From NCBI GenBank assembly GCA_003427395.1, contig BFEA01000027.1, forward strand, positions 664,673 to 728,672: a stretch of DNA of 64,000 nucleotides, in the 5' to 3' direction. Both the position numbers and the translations under genes were made by a program. This document shows positions 36,886 through 49,796 of the stretch, one piece after another. The notes below the pieces were generated by a model. That model saw only the letters and a program-made list of their open reading frames with translations. It did not search any database and was not told where the DNA came from. Source of the DNA: Chara braunii (taxonomy: Eukaryota > Plantae > Charophyceae). How positions within the stretch are numbered: the stretch's first letter is position 1; the number at the start of each line of letters is the position of its first letter.

Positions 36886-38762
36886 CTGGCAATCCCGTCT
36901 GGAGTCGGGAGGGCATCTGCACACAATTTGTCACCGCAAAGCCTTGTGCAAGGTTGGCATCAGATGGGTGTGGTGTATCTTGACCCGGTAATGTTTTTCA
37001 AATCCTTCTTTTTCTTTTCTTTTTTCCTTCAAAACAACCCTTTTTTTTTTCTTTTTTTTTTTTAATACCAAAACAACCCTCTTCAGTGCGTTTCCAAATC
37101 CTGTCACTGGAGGGGACTCTTTTCGCGGTCCGTCCTTTGCAACTTGGCCGGTAGGGAGTATCTTGTGGCAGGTTTTATGTCCCTCCTTCACCGTGTGGAC
37201 AGATTCAGCAGCTTGTTCTTCATCTCTTCAGCCAGCTCCATGGCCATGGGTAAAAAGAGACAGCATATTGGTGTTATCTATTGTGTAAACCAAAACCACT
37301 TGTTGTCAGAATCCCCCACTACTGTTACATTCACTGGCCGGGACCGGTGACTCGTCCGATCTAATTGTTCACTTCCGCTGAGTCGGCTGAGTGAGCTGAG
37401 GCCATGAGGTTCCTGGTGGTTGGGGTTCGCAGGTTAAGTTTTGCGTACTCATATTGGCAAGCCACCAGCTGTTACACTGTTATAGGGAAGCAGTATTTTC
37501 CTGTATAAGCCCCACCACTCAGTTTTCACGATTTTTATCATCGGTCCTGTCGTTAGTTGCCGAGGGCAGGCTATCGTGATGGCGTCCTTAATCTGCAGGA
37601 GGGGAGGAGGGGAGGTTGGGAGGTTGTCCCTCCCCTCCTTTGGATCCCTAGTCGCAAAGAACCAACCCTTTCCCACCCACTTCAACCAACGTGGAGTGAT
37701 GGGGCCGTCCCCTCGTCATCTCGTATGGACGGTTTGCTGGACAGTGGCTGTGCCCAGCCATTTTGGTCTGGTAGCCCTGAGCCTCCGAATTTTTTTGGAC
37801 CGGTTTGTTTTCTGTTCTGATGTTTTTTTTGGCGCGGTAGTGGTGGTTTGATGGTGGAGGCAAATTTTTTATTTTATTTTTTGTTTCCATTTGCAGCCAT
37901 AGCGGGATGGGAGGTTCGGCCAGGGCAGATCTCTGGCCAGATCTTGTGGTGGTCCTGTTCTGAGGTCTCTGGCCAGATCTTGTGGTGGTCCTGTCCTGAG
38001 GGCTGGACGTTCCTGAGATAGTAGACCTCTGGTGGCTTGTGAGCCATTCAAATTAGTGGACAGGCGTGTTAGAGGGGCAGGCAGAATGTTTGCCTGTTGG
38101 CATAAGGACCAGTGGTGGCTAGTGAGGCATTAAATGTGTCAACCAGCTTGGTGGGGGGGGGATGTGAATGGGGGGAAACAGGAGGCACGAGTCAAGATAT
38201 TTGTATGTCTGCACGAGGTGCTCAACGGGCACGAGGCAAGATATTTGTATGTCTGCACAAAGTGCTCGAAGGACGTCATTTCTGAAATTCTCACTAGTTA
38301 TCTCATCCGAATTTTGAAAGAGAGGGCATCCAGGTGTCCAAAGGTCTTAAAATAGATATCCACGCCTGGGCTTTCGTTTGGGGTACGGCGTCCATGCTTG
38401 TGATCATTTTTCCGGAGAAAGGTGGCAGCTGCTTTTTTTTTTGTGTGTTGCAATTTGACTTTTTTGGTAACAGCCGAATGGAGCTCCCGTTGGTTGAGGC
38501 AAAGATTGGGTTGTTTATGTTTTTTTTATTAGTATTATTTTTTTTTATTGAGTTCTTCCCACAGTAGAGGTGTGCAGCGCCCTCCATCCGTCCATCCATC
38601 CGTCAATCATTCAGCGCTCTCCATTCGTCCATCCATCCGTCAATCATTCTAGGATCTCATCCGCTAGCAGCGCCCCCTACTAAATCTGTGACCGAGTTCT
38701 AGTACTCTTCCAGTACTCGAACACCCTTGGAGAGCTTCAGTCGTTCCCAAGTTAACCTACAT

Positions 38763-39796
38763 TGTGAATGTTATCAGATATATGAAGAATATACTAGAAC
38801 GTAGAATAGAACGTAGAAAATCAAATGAGCACAGACCACATTGCAGAATTAATAGAAACGCGAGCAACAACCCGCCCCTTCCCCCTGCCCATTTCCTCCC
38901 AGGAACCCTTAGTTCCAACTCGCTCGCTGACTACCTCTTCTCCTTCACCCCCTCTTTCACACCCTCCTCCTACACGCCCCACTCCCTCCCACTCTCTTTG
39001 ATCCTCCACCCTGTCTTCACCCCACTCCCTCTTCTTCCCCCGCCAGAGGAAAGGGGCGGAAAGCAGAGACAAAGAGTGATGAGAGGAAATAGGCAGAGAG
39101 TGAGGACAGGAGAAAGGGAGGAGAGTAAAGGATGTGGAGGTGGAGGGAAAGGAGGAGGAGAGAGGGATGTTGAGCGAAAAGAGGTGAGATACCAAGTGCG
39201 CTCATTTGAGGATGAAGACGACGACGATGATGGTGAACTTGACTAGCCTCCCTCACCCTGGATGTTGATTGACGTTATTGACGTTGCTGCCCTGGGGGGC
39301 GGTGATGTTGATTGATGCTGCCCTAGTCAGATGCCACTGCTGCTGTGGAGGATAATGATCTTTGCCCGTTGTGTCGCTGACGTCTCTCACCCACTGCCTA
39401 TTGACTTCACCCACGTATGTTTCTCCGGTCGATGAAAGGTCCATGTGCCTGTAATAATGCCCCATAGCAACCTTCCATATGCTGGTTGAGTCCCCCAGTT
39501 TTGTGCGGGAATGTCTTTGACAAATGGTGTGACAGGAAGATGGATGTGGCAGTCCTGTGGGCAAGAGTGAGCCGACCATCGCTAGCGAGAGCAATTTACC
39601 TATTGCCGGATGGAGATTAAGTGCGCCATCGGTAGCGTCTTAAGCCAAAACCATCGTACATGCCTTATTCAAGTTTACCTCCGAAAAATGGGTTCTAAGA
39701 AATCACTGTTAAATTTTTGAATAGAAGGTACCCTGGAATACAAGGTGCGTAGAACTGCATACCTTGTATTCCAGGTGTGCCTTGTAACTGTCATGT

Positions 39797-39885
<89 letters not shown>

Positions 39886-39989
39886 GTGGGTTGTCCATGC
39901 ATTTGGGCACTAAGCTCTCTCTCTCTCTCTCTCTGGCGTGCGCTGTCCACGCACCTGCTTCCACACACGGGCGCAATGCTCTCTCTCTN

Positions 39990-40035
<46 letters not shown>

Positions 40036-41628
40036 GTGGGTTGTCCATGCATTTGGGCACTAAGCTCTCTCTCTCTCTCTCTCTGGCGTGCGCTGTCCAC
40101 GCACCTGCTTCCACACACGGGCGCAATGCTCTCTCTCTCTCTCTCTTGCACGCATGCTGTCCACACACCTGTTTCCACACACGGGCGCTGTCCACGCACC
40201 TGTTTCCACACACGGGCACAATGCTCTCTCTCTATCTCTTGCACACACACACACACACAAACCGAACTACCGGATAGTGAGCACGCAGCGCAGTCAAATG
40301 TTTTTTTTTTTTTTTTTTTTTTTTCAGAACTAGCTCCGGCCCCATCCTGATAGTGGTCAACTGTGTTCTATTTGTAATATAATTACGAATATTGACTATA
40401 TACTTTTTTTTTTTTTTTTTGGTTCCACTAGCCTTAGGAATGTTGCACCTGAAATTCGTTCTACAAGGTACGTACCTTGTGTCCAGGTTAAGATGGTAGG
40501 GAGGGAGTGCGAACTCGAGCCAGCCAAGCCAGTGAGTGTGAGCCATCCAAGTCAGCACAAGCGCAAACCATCCAAGCTAGCACAAACGCAAACAATCCAA
40601 GCCAGCGCGAGAGCTATCCAGGCAAGCCAGCACGAGCACAACCTCCCAGCTGCACGCGCCTCCATCGCTAGCGGTAGCCAAGCCAGCATAGTCCCACTGT
40701 TAGCCAGGCAAGCCAACTTCCTCGAAGCAGATTGGAATGCCTCGGTCTTGTAGTTGAGGCTGTTAGGTTGTTATAGATGTTGCTTGGTTGCCATGCTCCT
40801 TGGGGCATCAAACTAACACCACCAGCTGGCGAGTATGGAAGAGGGGCTGACCGAACCGAATTCCTCGCTACCCAAGATCTTCAACCAACTACGCTACCAC
40901 GCCCTGTCCTGTTCTCTCCTGTCCAGGGTGTGTTCAAGTGCTGTTCTAGGTTTTGACTTCCTTCGGCTTTGCCGTTGCGAAGGCGGCCTTTGCCATTTCA
41001 CCCTCTGTTTTTTGTGACTTGCTTATTTTGCCTTGAAGTCTAAGCTTGGGGCCCTTCATCCAGATAACATTAGTATAAGCCTTGCTTGCGGCAGATTATT
41101 TGAGGTCGGTTTATTTATAGGAAATTGTGTAAATCCATCATTCTGTTTGCTCTGGCTTCGACAACTTTCCCTAGGAAATTGTGTAAATCTATCATCCCTA
41201 TTGCTCCGCGTCGACAACTTTCCTAATACAACATTTTATTTATTGCCCCAACTTTGTTTGAGATAACTTTATTTTGCCCAGAAGTCTCCCAGCTTGGCCT
41301 TTTTCATCTAGATAGCTCTATAGTTTGTCCCTTTGTTGTAAATCTTTAATTAATTTAATTTAATTTGAGTACCCATTATGAGAATCTCTCACACCCTCCC
41401 CCTTGAAAACTGTTGGCGGTGGATCCATACACCCTTGGGCCTACCTTAGATATTTCCACCCAGGGCAGTCACCCATCTACCATGATTTATTCCGACGATC
41501 CATTCCCATTTGATAAAGGAATGCGGCGTTGAGCACATCGGTCCTGTTGGGGGACCATGAAGGAGCTCATCTCCATTGCAGTGCAGTAAAAGTCCTACAT
41601 AAATCCTGCATGACGCGCCCAAGAGGGT

Positions 41629-41640
<12 letters not shown>
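38763..41640 (-). mobile_element. Possible LTR-retrotransposon 3' end (PPT plus LTR)
   Basis: On the minus strand a polypurine tract AAGGGGGAGGG (41404-41394) is immediately followed by TGTGAGA. A matching TGTGA lies on the + strand at 38763. The left boundary is tentative. Confidence 0.35.
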
Positions 41641-41664
<24 letters not shown>

Positions 41665-41928
41665 CGCTGAGCATTTCGGCCCTNNNNNNNNNNNNNNNNN
41701 NNNNNNNNNNNNNNNNNNNNNNNNNNNNNNNNNNNNNNNNNNNNNNNNNNNNNNNNNNNNNNNNNNNNNNNNNNNNNNNNNNNNNNNNNNNNNNNNNNNN
41801 NNNNNNNNNNNNNNNNNNNNNNNNNNNNNNNNNNNNNNNNNNNNNNNNNNNNNNNNNNNNNNNNNNNNNNNNNNNNNNNNNNNNNNNNNNNNNNNNNNNN
41901 NNNNNNNNNNNNNNNNNNNNNNNNNNNN

Positions 41929-41999
<71 letters not shown>

Positions 42000-43551
42000 G
42001 GTGCTGCCCCAGTGAACGCTCCGAGCATCTCATCTCTCTCTCTCTCGTGCATCTGCTTTTTTTTTTCATGTTCAATTTTGCTTGTTTTTTTCTACTTTTT
42101 TGTTTGTTTTTCTAGATTTCCCTGAGACCGGCCGCTGGCAGGTTGAGGTCTGCGACCTCCCCATGTTAATCGGCGTGGTATTGTTTCTGAAGCAGAGAAA
42201 TATACCAGTGGTTTAATTCTCCCCCTCGCGCTGCCCAGGCTGATTACCAAAGGTGGGGTGACGTATAGGAAATTGTTTAAGTCGTATAATCTTACTGGTC
42301 TAGCATGTGCAACAAGTTTTCTAACACTGCCTTCCTCTCTCTTGCTTTATTGGTAGAGAACATCTCAACTCTTTTCCCTCGGTGCAGTGAGGTTGTCATT
42401 GAAGGAGTCTACTATTGAGCAGTATTTGTTCTCTGGCTGGCACCCACTAAGTCCAAACTTCTTTTACAGAGCCTCTCTGAAATGACTCATGGAAGGATAA
42501 CCCAAGGGCTATCATCATTTTTTGGTGAAAGAGTGGCAGGGGCTGATGCAAAGGACCTCTGTAGCACCTAGTGGTCCCCTTTGAAAGAGTTATTCGAGAT
42601 CAGATTAAGGTCATTAGAGAGACCATCTTCCCCTTTGGATTTATAGGCATCCATGGTTCCTCTTTTTCAGATGAAGAACCCTGTAGGCCTTTGTTTCCAG
42701 ATGGAGGACCTTATTGCCTCACTTTTTCAGATGAAGGATCCCATAGGCTCCCCTTTTCTGGGACGAAGCTATTGCAAAACCATTGTCATTGATGCATCTG
42801 ATGTCAAGGTGCTCTCTTTCTTTTTTTCTCTTTTTTTCCTTTTTATTGGATGTTAGTTTTAGGCAACATGGGTCAGGTGTGGGGGTTGGGGGAGAGTGGA
42901 CCGCACATATTTGTTCAGGTTTTGATATCATATTGCCAGCAGAGCCAGCATGTGCTTTTGGTCTGTGTTTCGCAGCTGTACACCAGCCGTTGCATGTGAT
43001 GCTGTATGTCTGTCTGGTGCTTAATTTGCTATGTGGTTGATGCGGTTTCTTTATACTTGCCCTCGTGTGTTTGCCGTGTTGCAGGAATTCGCATCAAGCA
43101 ATGCGGATGACGAGCAAAACAACACCTTGGATATGGAGTATAGTCATAACATAGCATCTCTTGCTTATCCGTGATTTAGTTTCTTTCCCGGGCCAGCTGG
43201 CGCTGTGCCCATAGATTGTCAAATTGAACAGAAGTATGCTAGAATACGACCTCTTTGATACAAGCATTAATTATGACATGCCATAGTGACAAATTGGGTA
43301 AAGCGTCACTGAAGACTACTACAGCGTCAGACAGATACACTTGTAAAAAAATCATCTAGTTAGCGATAACAAGTGCTCTCCGGCACGCGAGACGTCCCTC
43401 ATCACACGAGCCCCTTTCAAGTTTCAGCAGAAGTTGGTGCACTTTCTCATTTGTTCCTTTTTTTTTTTTTGTGTGTGTAGAAGAGGTCCTGTTCAGCCCT
43501 CATGTTCCAATTCTCATCTCCATTTCTTCATTCACATTTCGCAGCAGTAGA

Positions 43552-44180
43552 AGGGGTTGTCGAGCCTTGGCCCCGGGGCCCTGACGGGGGTCCCGGGAGC
43601 CGGGGGTCGGCACCCCTGGCACCGGCACAGAAAAAAAGAAAAAAAAAGAAAAAAGAAAAAAAAGAAAAAGAAAAGAGAAGAAAAGAAAAAAACAGGGGGG
43701 TGCGCAGCCGCAGCCTGCACCCCCTGGGCCGAATTGCAATATTGCATTTTTGGCCCGGCCTCAGGCACCCCCCGGGGCTACAACGGACCCTCGTGAGCCC
43801 GGGGTAGTGCGGGCGCGGGGCCGGGGGCGGGGCGCGGGGNNNNNNNNNNNNNNNNNNNNNNNNNNNNNNNNNNNNNNNNNNNNNNNNNNNNNNNNNNNNN
43901 NNNNNNNNNNNNNNNNNNNNNNNNNNNNNNNNNNNNNNNNNNNNNNNNNNNNNNNNNNNNNNNNNNNNNNNNNNNNNNNNNNNNNNNNNNNNNNNNNNNN
44001 NNNNNNNNNNNNNNNNNNNNNNNNNNNNNNNNNNNNNNNNNNNNNNNNNNNNNNNNNNNNNNNNNNNNNNCGGTGGGGGTGTTTTGGGCGAGTCGGGGGT
44101 GGGGCACCCCCGCGGCGGGGGGCCGGGGCTCAAACCCCTACTCCGGCTTTGCCTCCGGGGGCCCCCGCCTGACAACCCTG
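43552..44180. mobile_element. Possible GC-rich MITE (hAT-like termini), spanning an N gap
   Basis: Imperfect TIR AGGGGTTGTC / GACAACCCTG; no TSD found. Confidence 0.3.
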
Positions 44181-44989
44181 AGGACATATCAACAAAATTT
44201 GAAAAACTTGCCCTATGCTCAATTTCTCATTTGTCCCACTTTGTTAATGGTTCACAAACGGCCAAAAAAAAGGAGAAGAAGAAGAAGAAGAAGAAGAAGA
44301 AGAAGGTTCACAAACAGCCAGTACAAAGCCCCTGGCAATTCGACAAAGTGAATGGCGCACTCCTAAAATTCGATTTAGACGCAGGCTTCCGGACCAGCAT
44401 GGGTGGCGATGCCAGCTGAAAAAGGAAAGAAATAACGGCGGACGCAGCATGTTTTCAAACCCTAAAGCCGAAAAAATACTCATGCCGGCAAAGAAAGCAT
44501 GCTCCAACTTGAAATGAGCAATTCCAGTCCAAACAAAAAGTATCTGTTGCCACTGTTGGGCGTGTCTTTGCTTTATTTTGTTTTTTTTTTGTTTCCCCCT
44601 CTGACAACACGATTGCCCCTTGTAAATATGACACCCGGTCTGACACCACCGCCGTCGGTACTTCCGTTGCCGTGTCGAACCTCGGCGCATCTTTCTTTGC
44701 CGAGACATCTGTTTTTTTTGCCCATTCGATACCTTGAAAGAAGAACGTGGGCGGCTGGCGGGTCGACAAAGCTTCGCAATGCGAGATTCGCCAGGCTTGG
44801 GTGTACTTGTGGTTGAAGGCTATGTGGTGCACCTTCCCAAGCTTGGACACGTTCCACTCGATTACGAGCCCTTTTGAAATGGACACGTTCCACTCGATTA
44901 CGAGCCTTTTTGAAACTTACCTCTGCGTGGGCTCGCCATCCACATCCGCACCGTCTTCATAGCGACCGACATTGTCTGTCTCGTGCCTG

Positions 44990-45410
44990 ATGTGTTCCCT
45001 ACTCCTAAGAATGGCTCCAATGCGGACTAGAACCAGTCTGTTCCATCTGTTCCACACTCCAATGGGAGTCCCTATGTCTAGTCATTTGGCTCATCACTTA
45101 AGATGCAGTGGACCAGTGGCGCACACTGTTCCATCTGTTCCACACTCACCCATGTGTAGTCTGTTCCTAGGGCTGTTCGTAGGGACTGTTCCATGTGTAG
45201 TCTGTTCCTACGGACTGTTCCATGTGTAGTCTGTTCCTACACATGGGTGAGTGTGGAACAGATGGAACAGTCCCTAGGGAGTAGGATCAGGCTGTCTCTA
45301 GTCCGCATTGGACCACTGCATCACTTAAGATACACTGTTCCTCTTAAGACTGTTCCATCTGTTCCACACTCACCCATGTGCAGTCATTTGGCTCATCACT
45401 TAAAATGAAG
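44990..45410. repeat. Fold-back/rearranged repeat cluster with a perfect 35-bp inverted repeat
   Basis: 45125-45159 is the reverse complement of 45237-45271. Further direct copies lie at ~45038 and ~45348. Confidence 0.85.
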
Positions 45411-45839
45411 TGGTCCCCACTGCTCTCTGTAAGACGCTAATTTAGACAACAAGCTATTATTGTCACACTTTTAAACACACACCCCCTGCAATGCTAGTGG
45501 TGCTGGTAAGAGCAGACACCGCTAGCACCCGGGGGTGGTCCGTCTATTGGTGGGAAGCATCACCTGCTGGAAAAAATGAAGAACCTTTATGGCAAACTTT
45601 GTACTTGTATGATGACACAGTTTCCCCCCCTCAAAGGACTTACTGACTTTTATTCTTAGGATAAGGACTACGGTTCCGTTCCCGTTTTCTCTTGCTGCTA
45701 CTGTCCCCCACCCAACCTCTTCCCCCCCTCTTCCCATCTATCTCTCCCCCCCCCCCACTATCCCTGACATGTTCCCCCCCCCTTCCTATCTATCTCTCCT
45801 CCCCCCTCTATCCCTGACATGTTAAAGGAAGGAAGGGTG

Positions 45840-46744
45840 TCAAGTGAAGAAACTGCTACACATACATACAGTAAGAAGGGAACGGAGTGTTGTACTGGCA
45901 GCAGCTGAGAGACAGTATATATCATCAGCCAGAGGAAGATGTGCAATTGCAAAAAACAGCTCAGACGGGATAGGGGAGAGGCGCATTTGGAGTGCGCAGC
46001 CACGGCCTCCCTCCTCCCGTGAAGCAGAAACAAGGAGGGATATTACCTCAATGGAACCCAGACGGTCGTTCATGAATCTTGCTGACTGGGGGAAGCCCGA
46101 TGATTGGTGGCCTGCTCGACACAGGGACTCAAAACTCACTATGCAGCTCAGGAGCTGAGCTCAGTAATGGCGTTCCATACCTCATGGGGGTGGCATCTCA
46201 CGAACTTCGACAGATCGGTGGCAGCAAGCAAGTTCCTCAGCAAAAGTTGCCCCGGGGTTGGGAACCACATCTCAGCAGCATCCGAACAAGAAGCTACAAC
46301 AACAACAGGTGCCCTGGCCAGGCTTCACTTCAGCAAACAGCATAGCTGAATAACAGCATAATACCAGGAACTATCTACAATGTCTGCATTTATCTGAGAA
46401 TTTTCAAAGACACTATAGATCAGTCAAGATGATACAGGGGGGCTGTGGACACCTAGGAGTAGTCTCAGGAAGATCAGTTTTCGACTTCTGGGTGGGGGCT
46501 GGGTCAGTTGTTAAGTGGGGGACCTGCAATGGGATGGGTCAACTTGCAGCTCCAAGGGATACAGGGTGCTCCAGAGTAGAATAGAATAATGACTACATGC
46601 ATTGTTGTATTAATGGGACGCTGGACCCGGTTTCCAGCAGGTGTCGCTCCCCACCAATAGATGGAGCAGCCCAACAGCCAAGGCCTCAATTCCGGTGGTC
46701 CTCTTACCACTATCGGGATAGTGGCCTTACAAAAAAAAAAAAAA
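45840..46744 (+). mobile_element. 5'-truncated LINE 3' end with hairpin and poly(A)
   Basis: Family hairpin at 46620-46638, second hairpin CCACTATC-GG-GATAGTGG at ~46707-46724, and A14 at 46731-46744. Confidence 0.55.
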
Positions 46745-46880
46745 CAGAATGAAAGTGGCTGTGAACCCTGCCAGCATTGATTATTCTGGTATCCAGAGGA
46801 TTGACTGTGAGGTTGCCAGAGGAGGGAAAAAACCTCTTCATACAAATTACCGAGCATCCTCAAAATCTAGACATTCTCGG

Positions 46881-46923
46881 CACGCTTGCAAGAGCGGTGC
46901 TCTACCAGCTGATCTATACCCCG
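46881..46923 (-). other. tRNA-Ala(UGC)-like 5' half (not a complete tRNA)
   Basis: CGGGGTATAGATCAGCTGGTAGAGCACCGCTCTTGCAAGCGTG has a D-arm/A-box and a TGC anticodon loop, but no T-arm/B-box. Confidence 0.45.
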
Positions 46924-47457
46924 AGGAGTCTGTCTGTCCTTCTCAATTCCCGTGGTTCTCTTACCGCCACTGGGATAGTGACTTTGCACATTCCTGTTCT
47001 GCAGGGTTTTGTGCATCTGCTGGAAAAGAGGGTAATCGTTGAGCTTTGAGGGATGTCGACTTGTGTGCCTTGTTTGTCTGCATGACCATTCTCATCTTCC
47101 CTGTACAGTCTGTACTGTTTATATTCTTAAGCCACGGGTATTTTTGGCCCTTCCCTCACTGTGCCTGGACACGAACTGCGGGCCAAAAGAAAAAAAAACG
47201 AATCAGCACTGGCCTTCTTGTGGCGGTTGCACCAGCCATTTTTCTTCCGTAGGTTGAACCCCAAAACTTGCTGCTGCATGCAAGCAGAGTTCGAGAGAAA
47301 TGGCTGGGAAAGAAACTGCAAGTTTAAGGTCCAAATATATAGACAATTCATGCCATGGAGAAAACCTACCATCTTCCCCTGAACAGAGCACCCGGTCATT
47401 ATGGCTGTCCAAATTTATAGACAATTCATGCCATGGAAAGAAACTGCTTGTGTGTGT

Positions 47458-47488
<31 letters not shown>

Positions 47489-47922
47489 GAACCATCGACC
47501 CCCCCAAATCCACCCCCTCACCGTCCACCACCCCACGCCACCGTCATGCTTGTGCCACTTCATTCAACATGAACCAAACGAGCAGAAGAGGAATCCAAAT
47601 CACGAACAACAAAGGTCAAAACAGAAAAGCACACAGGACTACGCAACTCACACGACAACATTGAACTGAAATGTGTTGTCCACGCAAATACTGAAGCCCA
47701 TCACCGAATGAAACAAGTTCCCATGACGAGAATGCCCACAACGAAAGCAATCATCAATTAACCGGATCAATCTTCCGCATCATATCACTGCTAACACTTT
47801 CGGTTGATTCCCGGGCCGAAGGCGTTTGTGTCCTGGTGGAAGAACATGTCCCGCCCCCGCCGGGGCTCCCAACACATGATGCTCTCCCCTCGCACAACCT
47901 CTCTCTGTGCCAATTCCGCTGC

Positions 47923-47970
<48 letters not shown>

Positions 47971-47971
47971 N

Positions 47972-48063
<92 letters not shown>

Positions 48064-49379
48064 AACCGCTCACAGTCGCAACAAGAGACACACTACAGCG
48101 GAATGCTCCCATACCGTAAGAACGAGTGGGATGATGTCTTTTTATATAGAAGATCCCGCGGACCAGGCACGCAGCAGCGCACCTGCTCCTGCGCTGCGGC
48201 TTTTCATTTTCTGATTTCTTTTTTATTTTCACTATTTTATTTTTTACCCCTTACTTTCACAGGTGGATCAGAATTGGAAGCCACACCGGACAGGGTCGTT
48301 CACTATGTTGTCGATGGGTCCGTATCACGGCTGCCGTCCGCTCCCCGACCACTCCCTGCACCTCTCGCCACCCTAACCGAAACGAACATTTCCAAAACGC
48401 CATTGCCCTGCCGCATCGCTCCAGCGACAGCCCCGATCTCTGTGGCAACCATCCTCGATCCATCCGTTGACGCACGAGCCAATGTGCCGGCAGCCCTGTC
48501 CAAACCCGCACACAAGGCCCTCATCAACGACTCCATCACCGATGCCATGCCGAACATCGATGCAGGAGAATCCCCACCCTGGGCTTTCCCGCTTGAGGTT
48601 CGGCCTGCCTTGGAGGCGGTGTCCGAAGCATCCGTCCCAGCACCCTCTGATCCTACCTCGCAGCCACTCCGTGATCCACCCCATCTCAAATCTTCCGAAG
48701 CCAGTGTGACTTCTTCAACCGAAACCACCCCATAGCGTCCCACAACTGCCTCTCGAACGTCAAGCTCGCCCCTAGCTTCCTCCGTTGTTCCTTGGTGGTG
48801 TCCCAGTACACTTTTTTCCCCGATCCTTCGCTTGCATCCCGGATCTCCCTCACCTTCTTCACCAGCTCCGCCCTGTGTTACCATACGCTGATTGAGCGCC
48901 GGGTCGGAGCTCAATTTGAGCTCCACTCAATCCCGCGCTCAAAAGCGATTGAGCGAGGTTTGAGCGGGCGAGGGAATACGATTTTCCCCGGGAAACAATA
49001 AGAAAAAAAAAAGGAAAAAAAAAAGAGTTGTAGATATTTTTGAGATGTACAACCCTATGTTTTTTATTTTATTTTTTGAAGATTTGCTATATTTAAAAAA
49101 AAATCAAAAATATGAAATTAAAAAAGAATTAAAAAAAAATCATATGAAATGGGTGGGTTTTTCTATTTTTTTTCACAGGGATTGTTTTGGGGGCAAACAA
49201 TAAACAAAAATAATAATAAAAAATAGAGGCTTCTAGATCTTTCGGAAACCTATGAACTCATGTTTTTCATTGTTTTTTTAAGGCTTATATGTATTTAAAA
49301 AAAAAAAAAAAAACATAAAAACGAGAAAAAAAGACAGACCCCACCAACGCCCTAACCCCCCCCACACACGCTGTGACAT

Positions 49380-49433
<54 letters not shown>

Positions 49434-49444
49434 AAACACACACA

Positions 49445-49486
<42 letters not shown>

Positions 49487-49674
49487 NNNNNNNNNNNNNN
49501 NNNNNNNNNNNNNNNNNNNNNNNNNNNNNNNNNNNNNNNNNNNNNNNNNNNNNNNNGGGGGGAAGGGGATGGAGAGGGTTCTAATGAGAGGCCAAAGGAA
49601 GGATTGTGGTGCACAATAGTGATTAACAGATTCGGTGTTATTCTGCATAACAAGATGGGAGTCATCGCGTGCAG

Positions 49675-49796
49675 GCACTAAAGAAAGCAGAACAGGAGAT
49701 CGCAGAGTTTGAAGCAGAAATAGGGCTCGTTCAAGCCAGAGTCGAGCTTCAGACCTTGTTCAAGCAAAGAGGTCGCTTCACTGTGAATAGTGGAAG
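49675..49796 (+). CDS. Internal exon of an unknown protein (coiled-coil-like)
   Basis: gcag|ALKKAEQEIAEFEAEIGLVQARVELQTLFKQRGRFTVNSG AG|gtcagt; the phase-2 end matches the exon at 51233. Confidence 0.65.

Noticed and set aside
39880-40140. 150-bp tandem duplication
   Set aside because: Identical copies flank a single N at 39989, so this is most likely an unmerged contig overlap.
43085-43172. Additional exon of the orphan gene (EFASSNADDEQNNTLDME..)
   Set aside because: It has a good acceptor but no convincing donor in the phase needed to join 49675.
46600-46923. SINE made of a tRNA head plus LINE tail
   Set aside because: The hairpin and poly(A) tail are on the + strand while the tRNA-like head is on the - strand, so they cannot form one SINE.
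47836-48735. 299-aa ORF / Pro-Ala-Ser-rich exon after the acceptor at 48262
   Set aside because: Partly microsatellite-derived and low complexity with no recognisable domain. It may be a TE exon, but this cannot be supported.
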